Shown piece by piece: positions 35,773 through 45,711 of a stretch of DNA of 64,000 nt. The stretch lies in the NCBI GenBank assembly GCA_003153355.1, contig PLYH01000003.1:124635-188634 (forward strand), given 5' to 3'. A model generated the notes under the pieces. That model was given only the letters and a program-made list of their open reading frames with translations, had not been told where the DNA came from and did not search any database. Both the position numbers and the translations under genes were made by a program. The DNA is from Candidatus Peregrinibacteria bacterium. GTDB lineage: Bacteria > Patescibacteriota > Gracilibacteria > UBA1369. Numbering within the stretch: position 1 is the stretch's first letter; every line of letters begins with the position of its first letter.

Positions 35773-35793
35773 GGGCGAGCGTAAAAACAGCAG

Positions 35794-35869
35794 GCCACTT
35801 TAGCTCAGCTGGTAGAGCAATGCTTTCGTAAAGCAGAGGTCTCGGGTTCGATTCCCGAAAGTGGCTCCA
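35794..35869 (+). tRNA. tRNA-Thr (anticodon CGU), CCA encoded
   Basis: Manual cloverleaf: acceptor GCCACTT/AAGTGGC, D arm GCTC/GAGC, anticodon loop TTCGTAA, T arm TCGGG-TTCGATT-CCCGA, discriminator T, CCA. Confidence 0.9.
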
Positions 35870-35881
35870 TGCTCTTTTATG

Positions 35882-36003
35882 CGCTCCAGCGGTGGCGGCC
35901 CCTCCCACTCTATGGTCGGAATTCCGCCCTTAAGGCGGGAAGCCACACGCTTCCGCCCTCGCGTCTCCTTGCTATAGAATCGACGCGCCGTGCGCTCGGT
36001 TTT
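35882..36003 (+). repeat. GC-rich structured repeat, copy D (copy C with two insertions)
   Basis: CGCTCCAGCGGTGGC[44-nt insert in the hairpin loop]AAGCCACACGCTTCCGCCCTCGCG[TCTCCTTGCTATAGAATCGACG]CGCCGTGCGCTCGGTTTT. Confidence 0.65.
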
Positions 36004-36024
36004 ACATTCAAAAAAGCCCTGTCT

Positions 36025-36267
36025 TTATTTGGAAGTTTTCATTGATGGTGCTGGCTTTGTTTGACTCGGAACCTGTTGATTGCTTTGAGGGTTCGTTGTG
36101 ATGTTGTAAATAACTGGCGGAGGGGCTTGATGTGTAGGAGCAGAAGGGCTCATAGTCATCGGTAAAATGCTGCTTTCATTTAAGCTCAGAGCAAGGGCAA
36201 CGGCCATCACCACGATAAATGCAATAACGCCCAGGGCGATAGCATTATTTTCATTGAGAGTACTCAT
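36025..36267 (-). CDS. small single-TM protein with Pro/Gln-rich tail
   Basis: 80-aa ORF. TM segment AIALGVIAFIVVMAVALALSL. Confidence 0.5.
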   Translation of the reverse strand: MSTLNENNAIALGVIAFIVVMAVALALSLNESSILPMTMSPSAPTHQAPPPVIYNITTNPQSNQQVPSQTKPAPSMKTSK

Positions 36268-36327
36268 GTTTGTTTTGTTTTAAAAAATAGGTTTCTTAAT
36301 ATTATACCACAATTTATTTATTCTGTT

Positions 36328-36355
36328 TTGACTTTCATCTTTGAATGATTATAAT
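36328..36355 (+). promoter_or_regulatory. consensus sigma70 promoter
   Basis: TTGACT (36328-36333), 16-nt spacer, TATAAT (36350-36355). Confidence 0.6.
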
Positions 36356-36379
36356 CAAGCTCAAGTTCAGTTATTTTTC

Positions 36380-36478
36380 ATGAACACATCAGCCATCAAC
36401 AATCCGGGACAGGTCCAGATTTCACCAAACAACATAATGGCTATGATGATGCGTTCTTTTGATGTGCGGCGCGGCTGA
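36380..36478 (+). CDS. possible 32-codon upstream ORF containing M-A-M-M-M
   Basis: ATG at 36380 and TGA at 36476-36478, overlapping the ATG at 36478 (TGATG). No Shine-Dalgarno sequence seen. Could be chance. Confidence 0.25.
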   Translation: MNTSAINNPGQVQISPNNIMAMMMRSFDVRRG

Positions 36479-37488
36479 TGCTTACGGAACTTATCTCCCA
36501 GCAACTTCATCCCCGCCCACAAAGCAGGGATTTTTATTATCTTTATTCTTCACCCATGAAAATTCCGGAAACTCCTGCAACGCTGTTTGGCCCTTACGGT
36601 TCACGCCTTAAAGAGATGGAAGAAACTCACGGACAGAACGGCATAAGCAATCCTGCCGCGATTTTGAACGGCAGGGTTTTCCGTGAAGCTGTCCATCATG
36701 TTGCCCGAGAACATTTATCCGCGGGCACTGAGGTCGGTATGACCCATACGTTCGGGCTTCGTTCATTGCTGCATGCACCAGGCGAATTGCCGACATACCG
36801 CGAAGCCTTGCGGACACATTCGCGTATTTTGCGCGACGCAATGATTGAAACCGGAAGGAAAGTGAAAGAGGTTTTGTCATTTGGTCCGGCAAAAGATTGT
36901 TATAGACCTGATCCGAAATTTACGCCGCAAGAGTTCGCTGATTTTCACGGCGCTCAGGCTGCGGAAGCCAGGATTTTGAATGTTGATGCGGCCTGGTTTG
37001 AGACCGTCAATACCGCAAGCGAAGGCGTTGGCATTGCCCTGGCCGCAAAAAAATATAAGGTCCCGGCGATCATAAGTTTTGTTTTGAACCGAGAAGGAAA
37101 ACTTTTGAGCGGAGAATCTGCCGGGGATGCAATCCGTGAAGTTGATGCAGCGAGCGGGCGCTATCCTTTAGGCTATTCGTTTAACTGCTGTCCGGTTGAA
37201 GCCCTTGAAACTGCTTTAAAAGACTGCAAACGACTGAATGGCCGGATTATTGGTGTTTATCCGAACGCTTCTTCGCGTAATCAGATTGAACTGGAAACAA
37301 GCAATGAAAGCGTTGGTTTGAAAGAACCGCTTCAAAATGCACGGTATCTGAATTATCTGGCGAAAAAATGGGGTCTGAAGATTGTCGGCGGATGCTGCGG
37401 TTATAATCACCGCGATGTGGCGTTGATTACGGCTGCGGTTCAACAGGATCTTCATGATATCCGGCTGCCGCAAACCGATCTTGTATAA
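36478..37488 (+). CDS. homocysteine S-methyltransferase family protein
   Basis: Hcy-binding-domain pattern with C-terminal IVGGCCGYNHRD (zinc-ligand Cys pair) and an internal FNCCP Cys. The true start may be MKIPET at 36556. Confidence 0.8.
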   Translation: MLTELISQQLHPRPQSRDFYYLYSSPMKIPETPATLFGPYGSRLKEMEETHGQNGISNPAAILNGRVFREAVHHVAREHLSAGTEVGMTHTFGLRSLLHAPGELPTYREALRTHSRILRDAMIETGRKVKEVLSFGPAKDCYRPDPKFTPQEFADFHGAQAAEARILNVDAAWFETVNTASEGVGIALAAKKYKVPAIISFVLNREGKLLSGESAGDAIREVDAASGRYPLGYSFNCCPVEALETALKDCKRLNGRIIGVYPNASSRNQIELETSNESVGLKEPLQNARYLNYLAKKWGLKIVGGCCGYNHRDVALITAAVQQDLHDIRLPQTDLV

Positions 37489-37578
37489 TAGGAAAAATAT
37501 TTCGCTTTGGTATTTTCAAAGCGCAGCAGTTTGACTATGATGATGGCGCTTTGAAGCTCTTTTCTTAATTGTTCAGCC

Positions 37579-37905
37579 ATGGATTCCCGTTTGGTAAAAA
37601 TTGCGGTTTTTGCGCCGGCTACTCACGGTGATGTTGTCCGCAAAGCTTTGGCTGAAGCCGGAGCAGGACACATCGGAAATTACGATTTTTGTTCTTTTAC
37701 GACGAGCGGCACAGGACGTTTTCGCGGACTTGATGGTTCAAAGCCTTTTATCGGCAAACCAGGAAACATTGAACAAGCCGATGAGGAACGGATTGAAGTT
37801 ATTTGCTCCGCGGATATTCTCGAAAAAGTTTTAAAAGCTGTGCGCGCCGTGCATCCTTACGAAGAACCCGCGATTGACGTTTATCCTTTGTTGAACGAAG
37901 CATGA
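37579..37905 (+). CDS. small NIF3/YqfO-insert-like (PII-like fold) protein
   Basis: 108 aa: KIAVFAP..H.DVVRKAL.EAGAGHIGNYD.CSF...G.G.F......PFIG..G......E.RIE......L..V..A....HPYEEPA.DVYPL, as in stand-alone NIF3 cap-domain proteins (from memory). Confidence 0.65.
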   Translation: MDSRLVKIAVFAPATHGDVVRKALAEAGAGHIGNYDFCSFTTSGTGRFRGLDGSKPFIGKPGNIEQADEERIEVICSADILEKVLKAVRAVHPYEEPAIDVYPLLNEA

Positions 37906-40418
37906 GTTCCAAAAGCATGACGCCGATGATGGCACAGTATCAAGAGATTAAAGCCAAATACCCTGACACGATTTTGTTTTACCGTCTGGGAGATTTTTAC
38001 GAAATGTTTTTCGAGGACGCGGTTGAAGCTTCGGGATTATTACAGCTCACGCTCACTGCAAGGAACAAAGGAGATCACCAGGCTCCGATGTGCGGCATCC
38101 CTTATCATGCGGCACAGAACTATATTGCCAAACTTACGCGCCTTGGGAAAAAAGTTGCGATTTGTGAACAGCTTTCAGATCCGAATTTACCGGGGATTGT
38201 AAAGCGCGACGTTGTGCGCGTTATTACGCCTGGTACAACTTTAGATGACAACGTCCTTGAACAAAAATCCAACAATTTCGTTTCGGCGATCGTGGAACGT
38301 GACGGACGTTTTGGCCTTGCTTCAGCAGATATTTCAACAGGCCAATTCCAGGTTACCGAACTTGAGAATCTGAAAGATTTTTTGGTGGAGATTGAAAGAC
38401 TTCATCCGGTTGAAGCGATTATTGAGGGTGGTTCGGGGTCTGTTGCTTTGATGAAAACCCTGGAAAGGCTTTCGATTTTCTTTTTTGAACACCACATTGA
38501 AAGTACCGAAAAAAACGCCGCAGGAGATCATGCCTCGGCTTTACTTTTAGATTACCTGCAACGCACACAGAAAACCGAACTCACGCATATGCAAACCGTT
38601 CAGCATTACAGTACGAACGATTTCATGGCTCTGGATGATGCCACGCTCAAAAACCTTGAACTGATTTCAACGCTGCGCGAAAACAACAAAGAAGGGTCCC
38701 TGCTGTGGGTGCTTGATGAAACCGTCACCTCGATGGGAGGTCGGCATTTGCGCTACGTTTTGACCCATCCGCTGCTCCAAAAATCCGCGATTGAAGAACG
38801 TCTGCAGGCCGTTGATGAACTGTCTCGCCAACCTACGGCGCTGGATGACGTGCGCTTGTCGCTCAAAAATATTCTCGATCTTGAGCGTCTGCTCGCGCGC
38901 CTGAGTCTGGGGCACGGCAATGCGCGTGATCTTTCGGCCCTTAAACAATCGCTGAAATCCGTACCGGCTACTCAGAAATTATTGGATAATTTTACTTCGC
39001 AGCTTCTGCGCGGCGTTGCGGAAAATCTTCACGGGTTACCGCACCTTGTGGAAATTCTGGAACGCGCGATTGTTGATGAACCTCCGCTCGCCATAAAAGA
39101 AGGAGGAATGATCCGTGAAGGTTTTAACGCCGAACTTGATGAGATAAAAAAAGTCAGTCGGGAAGGAAAATCTTTCATCCAGTCTCTTCAGGAAAAAGAG
39201 ATTCAGCGCACGGGAATCAACTCACTCAAAATCCGTTACAATTCCGTTTTCGGTTATTATATCGAAATCAGCAAAGCCAATTTGCATGCGGCTCCGCAGG
39301 ATTACATCCGCAAACAAACTTTAGTAAACGCCGAACGTTTCATCACCCCAGAATTGAAAGAGTATGAAGAAAAAGTTTTGGGAGCTGAGGAAAAAATAGT
39401 GGCAATGGAGTATGCCATTTTCAATACATTACGGGAAACCGTGGTCGGGGAAATCGATAATATCCAGAAGCTTGCACGTGCTATAGCGCAGCTGGATGTT
39501 TTTTGCGGATTCGCCAAAGTCGGCCTTACTCAGGGCTACTGCAAACCTGTTATTACTGAAAGTTTTTCGGTAATGATCAAAAATGGACGCCACCCAGTGG
39601 TGGAAAAAATGAGTTTTTCGAATAAATTTATTCCGAATGATATAAGTTTTGACGATTCACAAAAATTACTGCTCATTACCGGACCGAACATGGGAGGAAA
39701 ATCGACGTATTTGCGCCAAACAGCTTTGATCGTTTTGATGGCGCATTTGGGATGTTTTGTGCCTGCTGAAGAGGCGACCATCGGACTGGTGGACCGCATT
39801 TTTACGCGCGTGGGAGCTTCAGATAATCTGGTGCGGGGGCAAAGCACTTTCATGGTGGAAATGCAGGAAACGGCTTTTATTCTGAATCATGCCACATCAC
39901 GGAGTCTGATTATTCTGGATGAGGTCGGACGGGGAACATCAACGTATGACGGCATGAGCATCGCTTGGGCGATCGTGGAATTTTTGCATGACCGGATCGG
40001 CGCCAAAACGCTTTTCGCGACGCATTATCATGAACTTATTACGCTCGCGGAAAAACTTCCGCAAGCAGCGAACTATTCCGTGGCGGTGCGGGAGAATGAA
40101 AATGAAGGAGTTGTGTTTCTTTATAAAATCGTTCAAGGCGGAGTGGACCGCAGCTACGGAATCGAAGTCGCAAAACTTGCGGGACTTCCGGCGGAAGTCG
40201 TCAGTAAAGCGCGTCAGATTCTTGTTGATCTTGAAGAAGGTTCACATCAGACTGCAATTCAAGCAGAACTTGAGGACTCCACCAGGCGCATTCCGTCTGA
40301 TCAGATGCCTTTATTTGAAAGACTGCAGCGTTCGCTTCAAGAGATCGACGTCAATTCACTGACCCCGATCGAAGCTTTGAACCGCATTGCCGAGCTCAAA
40401 AAGAAGAGCCAGCAATAA
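37902..40418 (+). CDS. mutS: DNA mismatch repair protein MutS
   Basis: TPMMAQYQEIKAKYPDTILFYRLGDFYEMFFEDA, Walker A GPNMGGKST, DEVGRGTSTYDG, THYHEL. Confidence 0.95.
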   Translation: MSSKSMTPMMAQYQEIKAKYPDTILFYRLGDFYEMFFEDAVEASGLLQLTLTARNKGDHQAPMCGIPYHAAQNYIAKLTRLGKKVAICEQLSDPNLPGIVKRDVVRVITPGTTLDDNVLEQKSNNFVSAIVERDGRFGLASADISTGQFQVTELENLKDFLVEIERLHPVEAIIEGGSGSVALMKTLERLSIFFFEHHIESTEKNAAGDHASALLLDYLQRTQKTELTHMQTVQHYSTNDFMALDDATLKNLELISTLRENNKEGSLLWVLDETVTSMGGRHLRYVLTHPLLQKSAIEERLQAVDELSRQPTALDDVRLSLKNILDLERLLARLSLGHGNARDLSALKQSLKSVPATQKLLDNFTSQLLRGVAENLHGLPHLVEILERAIVDEPPLAIKEGGMIREGFNAELDEIKKVSREGKSFIQSLQEKEIQRTGINSLKIRYNSVFGYYIEISKANLHAAPQDYIRKQTLVNAERFITPELKEYEEKVLGAEEKIVAMEYAIFNTLRETVVGEIDNIQKLARAIAQLDVFCGFAKVGLTQGYCKPVITESFSVMIKNGRHPVVEKMSFSNKFIPNDISFDDSQKLLLITGPNMGGKSTYLRQTALIVLMAHLGCFVPAEEATIGLVDRIFTRVGASDNLVRGQSTFMVEMQETAFILNHATSRSLIILDEVGRGTSTYDGMSIAWAIVEFLHDRIGAKTLFATHYHELITLAEKLPQAANYSVAVRENENEGVVFLYKIVQGGVDRSYGIEVAKLAGLPAEVVSKARQILVDLEEGSHQTAIQAELEDSTRRIPSDQMPLFERLQRSLQEIDVNSLTPIEALNRIAELKKKSQQ

Positions 40419-40419
40419 A

Positions 40420-41427
40420 CTAGGATATGATCGGCCCCTGCTGTTTTGAAGGTGCCTTTGGCATTTCCGTATTCATTTGTCCGCCGTTTGCTTCAATGGC
40501 TTTTTTCATGAAGACGTAATTGAACAAGCCTGAAAAAGAGGCGACGAAAATCTGAGGAATAATGCCGGCATACGGTGATATACCGTTGATATACTGGATA
40601 GTTTGTAGGAGGGATCCTTGTGGTGCGGGAACAAAAGTTCCATAAAGTTGGATGATAAGCTGAGCTACGATTCCTCCCAACAACGCCGCCAATAAACTCA
40701 GCAGAAAGAGATTCCCAAAAATCCTTCCAGCTAATCCTTTGGAGATTTTTATACTTTGCGCCAAAGCTTCTTTACTGGAAACATCCGTAGAGAGCAAAAT
40801 CGGAAAAGCGAAAAAAGCCCGGCACATTCTTGCAATAAAAAACACCATTGCTGCGATAAGCACCAGGGGCATCAATGTAAAAAATCCCGAGAGGGGCTGA
40901 ATCATTGCGGAGACATCGTTGTTGCCTTTTGACGCCATGAAGCCTGCAAAAAATTGTACAATAAATACAAAAAATATTACAAAAAGCAGCCATCCTCCCG
41001 TGTAAAAGAAAAAACGGAAGCTTAAGCCGACCATTTTTCCAAGCCGTTGAAAAGACTCTTTCCAGGCCTGAGCAAAAGGGAATTTTTGCTGGGTTTCGCT
41101 TAAATATGCTCCCCGAATGATAGCTCCAGAGGCAATAACGTATACCAAAGAGAATACAAGAATTGCTAAAAAAAATCCTCCGCCAAAAAGCGCAAAATTC
41201 GCCGTGATGTCAGGCAATGAAATATTGACGGCTTGAGATGTTTGGCCCGTTTGCTGCATTCCGGCAAGTATATTGTACGCAAAAAAACCTGCGAAGATCA
41301 CAGCTGCTGCAACATTTACGAGAATCGGAATGATATAAATTGCAGCATAGGCCAAAAAATGTTTGATGTACATTTTCCAGGTTTCTTTAAAAACCGAACC
41401 GAATCTGGTTGCGTCTGTATTTGCCAT
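40420..41427 (-). CDS. polytopic membrane protein, unknown function
   Basis: 335-aa ORF with about 7 hydrophobic segments. Sits between mutS and mutL on the opposite strand. Confidence 0.7.
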   Translation of the reverse strand: MANTDATRFGSVFKETWKMYIKHFLAYAAIYIIPILVNVAAAVIFAGFFAYNILAGMQQTGQTSQAVNISLPDITANFALFGGGFFLAILVFSLVYVIASGAIIRGAYLSETQQKFPFAQAWKESFQRLGKMVGLSFRFFFYTGGWLLFVIFFVFIVQFFAGFMASKGNNDVSAMIQPLSGFFTLMPLVLIAAMVFFIARMCRAFFAFPILLSTDVSSKEALAQSIKISKGLAGRIFGNLFLLSLLAALLGGIVAQLIIQLYGTFVPAPQGSLLQTIQYINGISPYAGIIPQIFVASFSGLFNYVFMKKAIEANGGQMNTEMPKAPSKQQGPIIS

Positions 41428-41573
41428 AAACGTAAGGTGGGTAAGGAGGAATTTAGCTCATTCTACAATAATAGCAATTCGGCTTCAACTGGTGGTTTCG
41501 CCCTTTCATTGCTGGAATATGAGGTAGGGGGTAGGGTTTGATTTGTCATTTGTCGCCTTCTTTTTTTGTTTCT

Positions 41574-43463
41574 ATGGGTTCGATCAAACAGCTACCGGAA
41601 CTGCTCATTAACCAGATTGCCGCCGGCGAAGTTGTGGAGCGGCCCGCCTCTGTGGTAAAGGAGCTTATTGAAAACGCCTTGGATGCCGGCTCAAAAAAAA
41701 TTATCCTTGAGGTGAATGCCGGCGGAGACGGTTTTTTGCGCATTACCGATGATGGCAGCGGGATGGATTCAGCTGATGCCGTTCTGGCTTTCGAAAGGCA
41801 TGCTACGAGCAAAATCGAAAACGCCGATGATCTTTTAAAAATTCATACCTTAGGTTTCCGCGGTGAAGCGATCGCCAGCATCGCTTCGGTTTCTTATATT
41901 ACCCTCCAGACCAAAAAGCGCGGCGACCTTGAAGGAACGCTGGTCATAGCGGAAGGCGGCAAGATAACAAAAATCCAGCCTGTAGGAGTTCCTGAAGGCA
42001 CACAGATTGAGATTCAAAATCTTTTTTATAATACTCCGGCACGCAAAAAATATCTCAAAAACGATTCAACGGAATACCAGCATATTATGGATACGGTGAC
42101 CGGAATTGCACTTACGTTTCCTCATGTTTCTTTCCGCGTGGTTCATGACGGGAAACTTGTTTTTGATCTGCCGGCCGTTGATGATGAGTTCACGCGCATT
42201 CGTACGCTTTTCGGAAAAAATATCGCGGACGAACTTATCCCGGTTTTTTACGGACATTCGCAAATTCAGCTGAAAGGGTTCATCGGCAAACCGATCATTG
42301 CCCGCTCCAACAGAAATTTCCAGTATCTGTTCATCAATCATCGCGAGGTGAAATCGCACGTTCTCGGATATGCGGTGAAACAAAATTACGCTTCGCTTTT
42401 GCCAAAAGAAAAATACCCTGTGTTCTTTTTGTATTTTGAAATTGATCCGGAACTGGTTGACGTGAACGTTCATCCCAGAAAACTTGAAGTGCGGTTCCGT
42501 GATGAAAGGGGAATTTTCAGCGCGACGAGCCAGGCGTGCAAAAAGGCTTTGGAAACATACGTTTTGGCACCGAACATCAGTCATGATATTCCTACGAATT
42601 ACTATGCTGAACGCAAAAGTCAGCCGCTGAAATTAAATGATTCCTCGCCCGCGCTTGCGGACGCAACTGTCGAAAAAGATATAGTCGTGGTTGAAGCGCC
42701 TGCTTATTTTAAACAGTCCGCACCCGATGCGGAGAAAATTTCTTATTTCAAACTGTCGGGATTTCAGGAGGAGATGGAGTTCGGCGAAGATTCGGGCAAT
42801 GAAGAATCATCTTCAACAACGGAAGAATCCGCGGCCGATGAATTGCAGCACTCTTCAGCGCAGCCGCGTAAAACTCTTGAACCATTTATTGCTTTGGCCC
42901 AGCTCGACAACTCTTATATTCTTTGCCGGCAAGGCTCTTCCCTGGTGATTGTGGATCAGCATGCCGCTCATGAAAGGATCCGCTATACGGAAATTTTCAA
43001 AGAGTTTGCCGAGAAAAAACTGACTGCTCAAACTCTTGTTGCACCTTTGCAGCTTGAACTTTCGATGAAAGAAGCAGCTCTGCTTGAAGGGCACAAAGAA
43101 ATGTTTCTGCAGCTTGGATTTGAGGTTGAGCCTTTCGGCGGAAAAACTTTTGCGATTCATGCCGTGCCTTCCCATCTTGCGCAAAAAGATCTTCAGAAAG
43201 TTTTTACGGGACTGCTGGATGAGTTTGTCGCCGGAAAAACAACGCCAATGGAAGAACAGACCCAGAAAGCTCTTACCTATCTGGCCTGCAGGTCTGCGGT
43301 GAAATTCGGTGATCCGCTGGGCCATGAAGAACAGCAGGCGCTCGTTGAAAAACTACAAACGCTCGATCAGCCTTATACGTGTCCTCACGGAAGGCCGACG
43401 ATGATTGTGATGTCTTCAGACGAACTGAAAAAACGCTTCGGGCGCGATTATTCCATGATGTAG
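41574..43463 (+). CDS. mutL: DNA mismatch repair protein MutL
   Basis: Start at MGSIKQLPELLINQIAAGEVVERPASVVKELIENALDAG (GHKL ATPase). C-terminal DQHAAHERI and CPHGRP endonuclease-type motifs. Confidence 0.9.
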   Translation: MGSIKQLPELLINQIAAGEVVERPASVVKELIENALDAGSKKIILEVNAGGDGFLRITDDGSGMDSADAVLAFERHATSKIENADDLLKIHTLGFRGEAIASIASVSYITLQTKKRGDLEGTLVIAEGGKITKIQPVGVPEGTQIEIQNLFYNTPARKKYLKNDSTEYQHIMDTVTGIALTFPHVSFRVVHDGKLVFDLPAVDDEFTRIRTLFGKNIADELIPVFYGHSQIQLKGFIGKPIIARSNRNFQYLFINHREVKSHVLGYAVKQNYASLLPKEKYPVFFLYFEIDPELVDVNVHPRKLEVRFRDERGIFSATSQACKKALETYVLAPNISHDIPTNYYAERKSQPLKLNDSSPALADATVEKDIVVVEAPAYFKQSAPDAEKISYFKLSGFQEEMEFGEDSGNEESSSTTEESAADELQHSSAQPRKTLEPFIALAQLDNSYILCRQGSSLVIVDQHAAHERIRYTEIFKEFAEKKLTAQTLVAPLQLELSMKEAALLEGHKEMFLQLGFEVEPFGGKTFAIHAVPSHLAQKDLQKVFTGLLDEFVAGKTTPMEEQTQKALTYLACRSAVKFGDPLGHEEQQALVEKLQTLDQPYTCPHGRPTMIVMSSDELKKRFGRDYSMM

Positions 43464-43464
43464 G

Positions 43465-45708
43465 TTATTGCTCAACGCCGACCATCGCAGACATATAGTC
43501 GTCGTTATGGAGCTGGGTTTGCTGAACGACTTCATTATCCTGCGCAGACGTAAGATTTTCAGGATAGTACTGGTAAATTTTCAAACCTTGCTCAACCACC
43601 AGATCTTTTTCCAGACTGCTCAGCACGATTCCCGGCTGACGCTGGGCAAAAAAGCGGTAAGTATCATCAATGGCGGTATTTAATTTCACGGGCAGTTGGT
43701 AACTTAATGTTACCGTTTGTTCCTGTCCTGCCGGGATATCCATCTCAAACATGAAATAGTTTTTCTGTATTTCATCATCGCTGTGGGTTTCAACTGATGT
43801 CTGGTCAATTCCGTTCGTTGCAGTGAGTGTTGCTCCCGCAGGTACATAAACCTTGATGAAAGATTTATTTTCTCCGCTCCCTAAAATCGATTGAATCGTG
43901 GGCGAAATGTCCGTATAGCCGAATGGCTTAAGAATGGCTTTCCAATTGGTTAATTCATCGGGCGTCCAGGTGTGTTTGCGTGTAATGGTGACTTCATCGT
44001 TTACTGTGCCATCCTTGGAGATGACTGTCGTATGCTTGATGGACTGCTGGATGTAAAGATCGCTTTTATTCCCGCCTATGGAGGTCGTAATAACCTGGAG
44101 AAAATCTTCATTCGGTTTGGTGCGGATCACGCGCCCGCTCACACCGAGCTGATCGAAAAGATTTTGGACATCTTCGTCTCGGGAATAAAGCATGATATTC
44201 CTGTCCTGAAGTCCCTGAATAATGACTTTGACGATTGCCCCCATATTTTTTGACCCCATGAGTTGTTTTTCAAAAGCAGGAATCAAGCTTCGCAGGATTT
44301 TTTTGGGATCGGCGTTGCCACTGGCCTTGGACTCGACCAGATAAGAAATGACCGTCTGGTAATTATCTTTTGTGAGCGGTGCTTTGAGGTCCGCGAGCTG
44401 GACCGGGCCGGTGAGATCGAAAAGGTTTGCGATGAAACTCTGGTTCAATGCGATGACACTGTCCACGCTCGGACCTTTTTCCTTCTGCAAAAACCATGCG
44501 GCTTTTTCCGCCGAAATCGCAAAATCAGGAGAGTAGTTTGAATCGCGCATGCGCCAGTTTTTGGTAATCTTGGCGATATCTTCAGGAGTCGGAATGTCTT
44601 CGTTCAGCTGGCCGTCGGTCTCGTAGATATCATGAAATTCCGTATTGATGATGTATCCGTCATTCACATCAACAATCAAATAACTTCCGATGAATCCTCC
44701 GGTCGGTCGGGCCTCGGCATCGTTCTGAAGAAGGATCAGATAGCGGTGCAACGTGCGCTGGCCCAACATCTTCATGATGACCGGAATTTTGTCTTGAGTT
44801 TCCTGAAGGATGCTTTGCAATTTCTGGACGGAGTCGCGCGCGCTGGCGAGTTTTGGTCTCATCTGTTCAGGTAAAACGTCGTCGCTCACCAGGCTCAGAT
44901 TCTGACTTGCAGCATTCACTTTATCCGAAGCTTCGTTGAGGAAACTTAAATCTTCCTGCAGGGTTGATGTCAGTGAAACTTTCGGCGTGATGTTGTCTTC
45001 GTTCACCGGCTGGGTTTTGGTTTTGGTGAGATCGGCCGGGGGTTGGTTGTTTTGCAAAAACAGCGCCGGCAGATCGCGCAAGTGCTCAATGCCTTTGGCA
45101 AAATCCGTGCCGGCTTCGCTGATGTTTTTTCCGGCTTCCAAAAGATTCTGTACGGACTCCACCGTTGTTTGTTTGGTATAAAAAGCGTTCTGATTCGTTT
45201 CAAGAAATCTTAACGTGTTCAGCGCGTCATCGAAATCTCCGGTTGAGGCGTTGAAAGAGTTTGCGGCATCGCTGAATTGCGCCTGTTTTGACTCATTTCC
45301 GGCCTGCAGAAGATTGTCGTATCCGCTGGAAGCCGTAGCGATCAGGTCATTTTTAATCGTAATGCCGCGCTGATAAATGTTGACGATGTTAATGACGAAA
45401 AGGATTGCTGTTCCGGCTGCGGCCAGTTTCATCATTTCGATGAGACGCTCGGAATTCTTCGGCTTTTCGTTACTGCGTTCCACAAACATGAATTTCTCTT
45501 CTTTGCCTCCGGTGTTTTTCTTTTTGATGTCCAAAACTTTTTTGCTGCCGCTTGTTAAAACCGTTTTCCGCTCTTCGATCATGGAAAGATCCAGGCAATC
45601 ACCCGGCCTTTGAACGATTTTTTTAGGCTCAGAAGTTTCCTCTCCGATAGCGATCGGAGAAAGATTCTTCTGCTTCTGCAGATCACGGAAAATTTTTGAT
45701 TTTTTCAT
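43465..45708 (-). CDS. DUF4012-domain membrane-anchored protein
   Basis: N-terminal TM, then RYLILLQNDAEARPTGGFIGSY, which matches the DUF4012 core motif as I recall it. Confidence 0.8.
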   Translation of the reverse strand: MKKSKIFRDLQKQKNLSPIAIGEETSEPKKIVQRPGDCLDLSMIEERKTVLTSGSKKVLDIKKKNTGGKEEKFMFVERSNEKPKNSERLIEMMKLAAAGTAILFVINIVNIYQRGITIKNDLIATASSGYDNLLQAGNESKQAQFSDAANSFNASTGDFDDALNTLRFLETNQNAFYTKQTTVESVQNLLEAGKNISEAGTDFAKGIEHLRDLPALFLQNNQPPADLTKTKTQPVNEDNITPKVSLTSTLQEDLSFLNEASDKVNAASQNLSLVSDDVLPEQMRPKLASARDSVQKLQSILQETQDKIPVIMKMLGQRTLHRYLILLQNDAEARPTGGFIGSYLIVDVNDGYIINTEFHDIYETDGQLNEDIPTPEDIAKITKNWRMRDSNYSPDFAISAEKAAWFLQKEKGPSVDSVIALNQSFIANLFDLTGPVQLADLKAPLTKDNYQTVISYLVESKASGNADPKKILRSLIPAFEKQLMGSKNMGAIVKVIIQGLQDRNIMLYSRDEDVQNLFDQLGVSGRVIRTKPNEDFLQVITTSIGGNKSDLYIQQSIKHTTVISKDGTVNDEVTITRKHTWTPDELTNWKAILKPFGYTDISPTIQSILGSGENKSFIKVYVPAGATLTATNGIDQTSVETHSDDEIQKNYFMFEMDIPAGQEQTVTLSYQLPVKLNTAIDDTYRFFAQRQPGIVLSSLEKDLVVEQGLKIYQYYPENLTSAQDNEVVQQTQLHNDDYMSAMVGVEQ

Positions 45709-45711
45709 GCG

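Noticed and set aside
35618-35908. 96-aa minus-strand ORF
   Set aside because: It runs antisense through tRNA-Thr and the repeat, so it is spurious.
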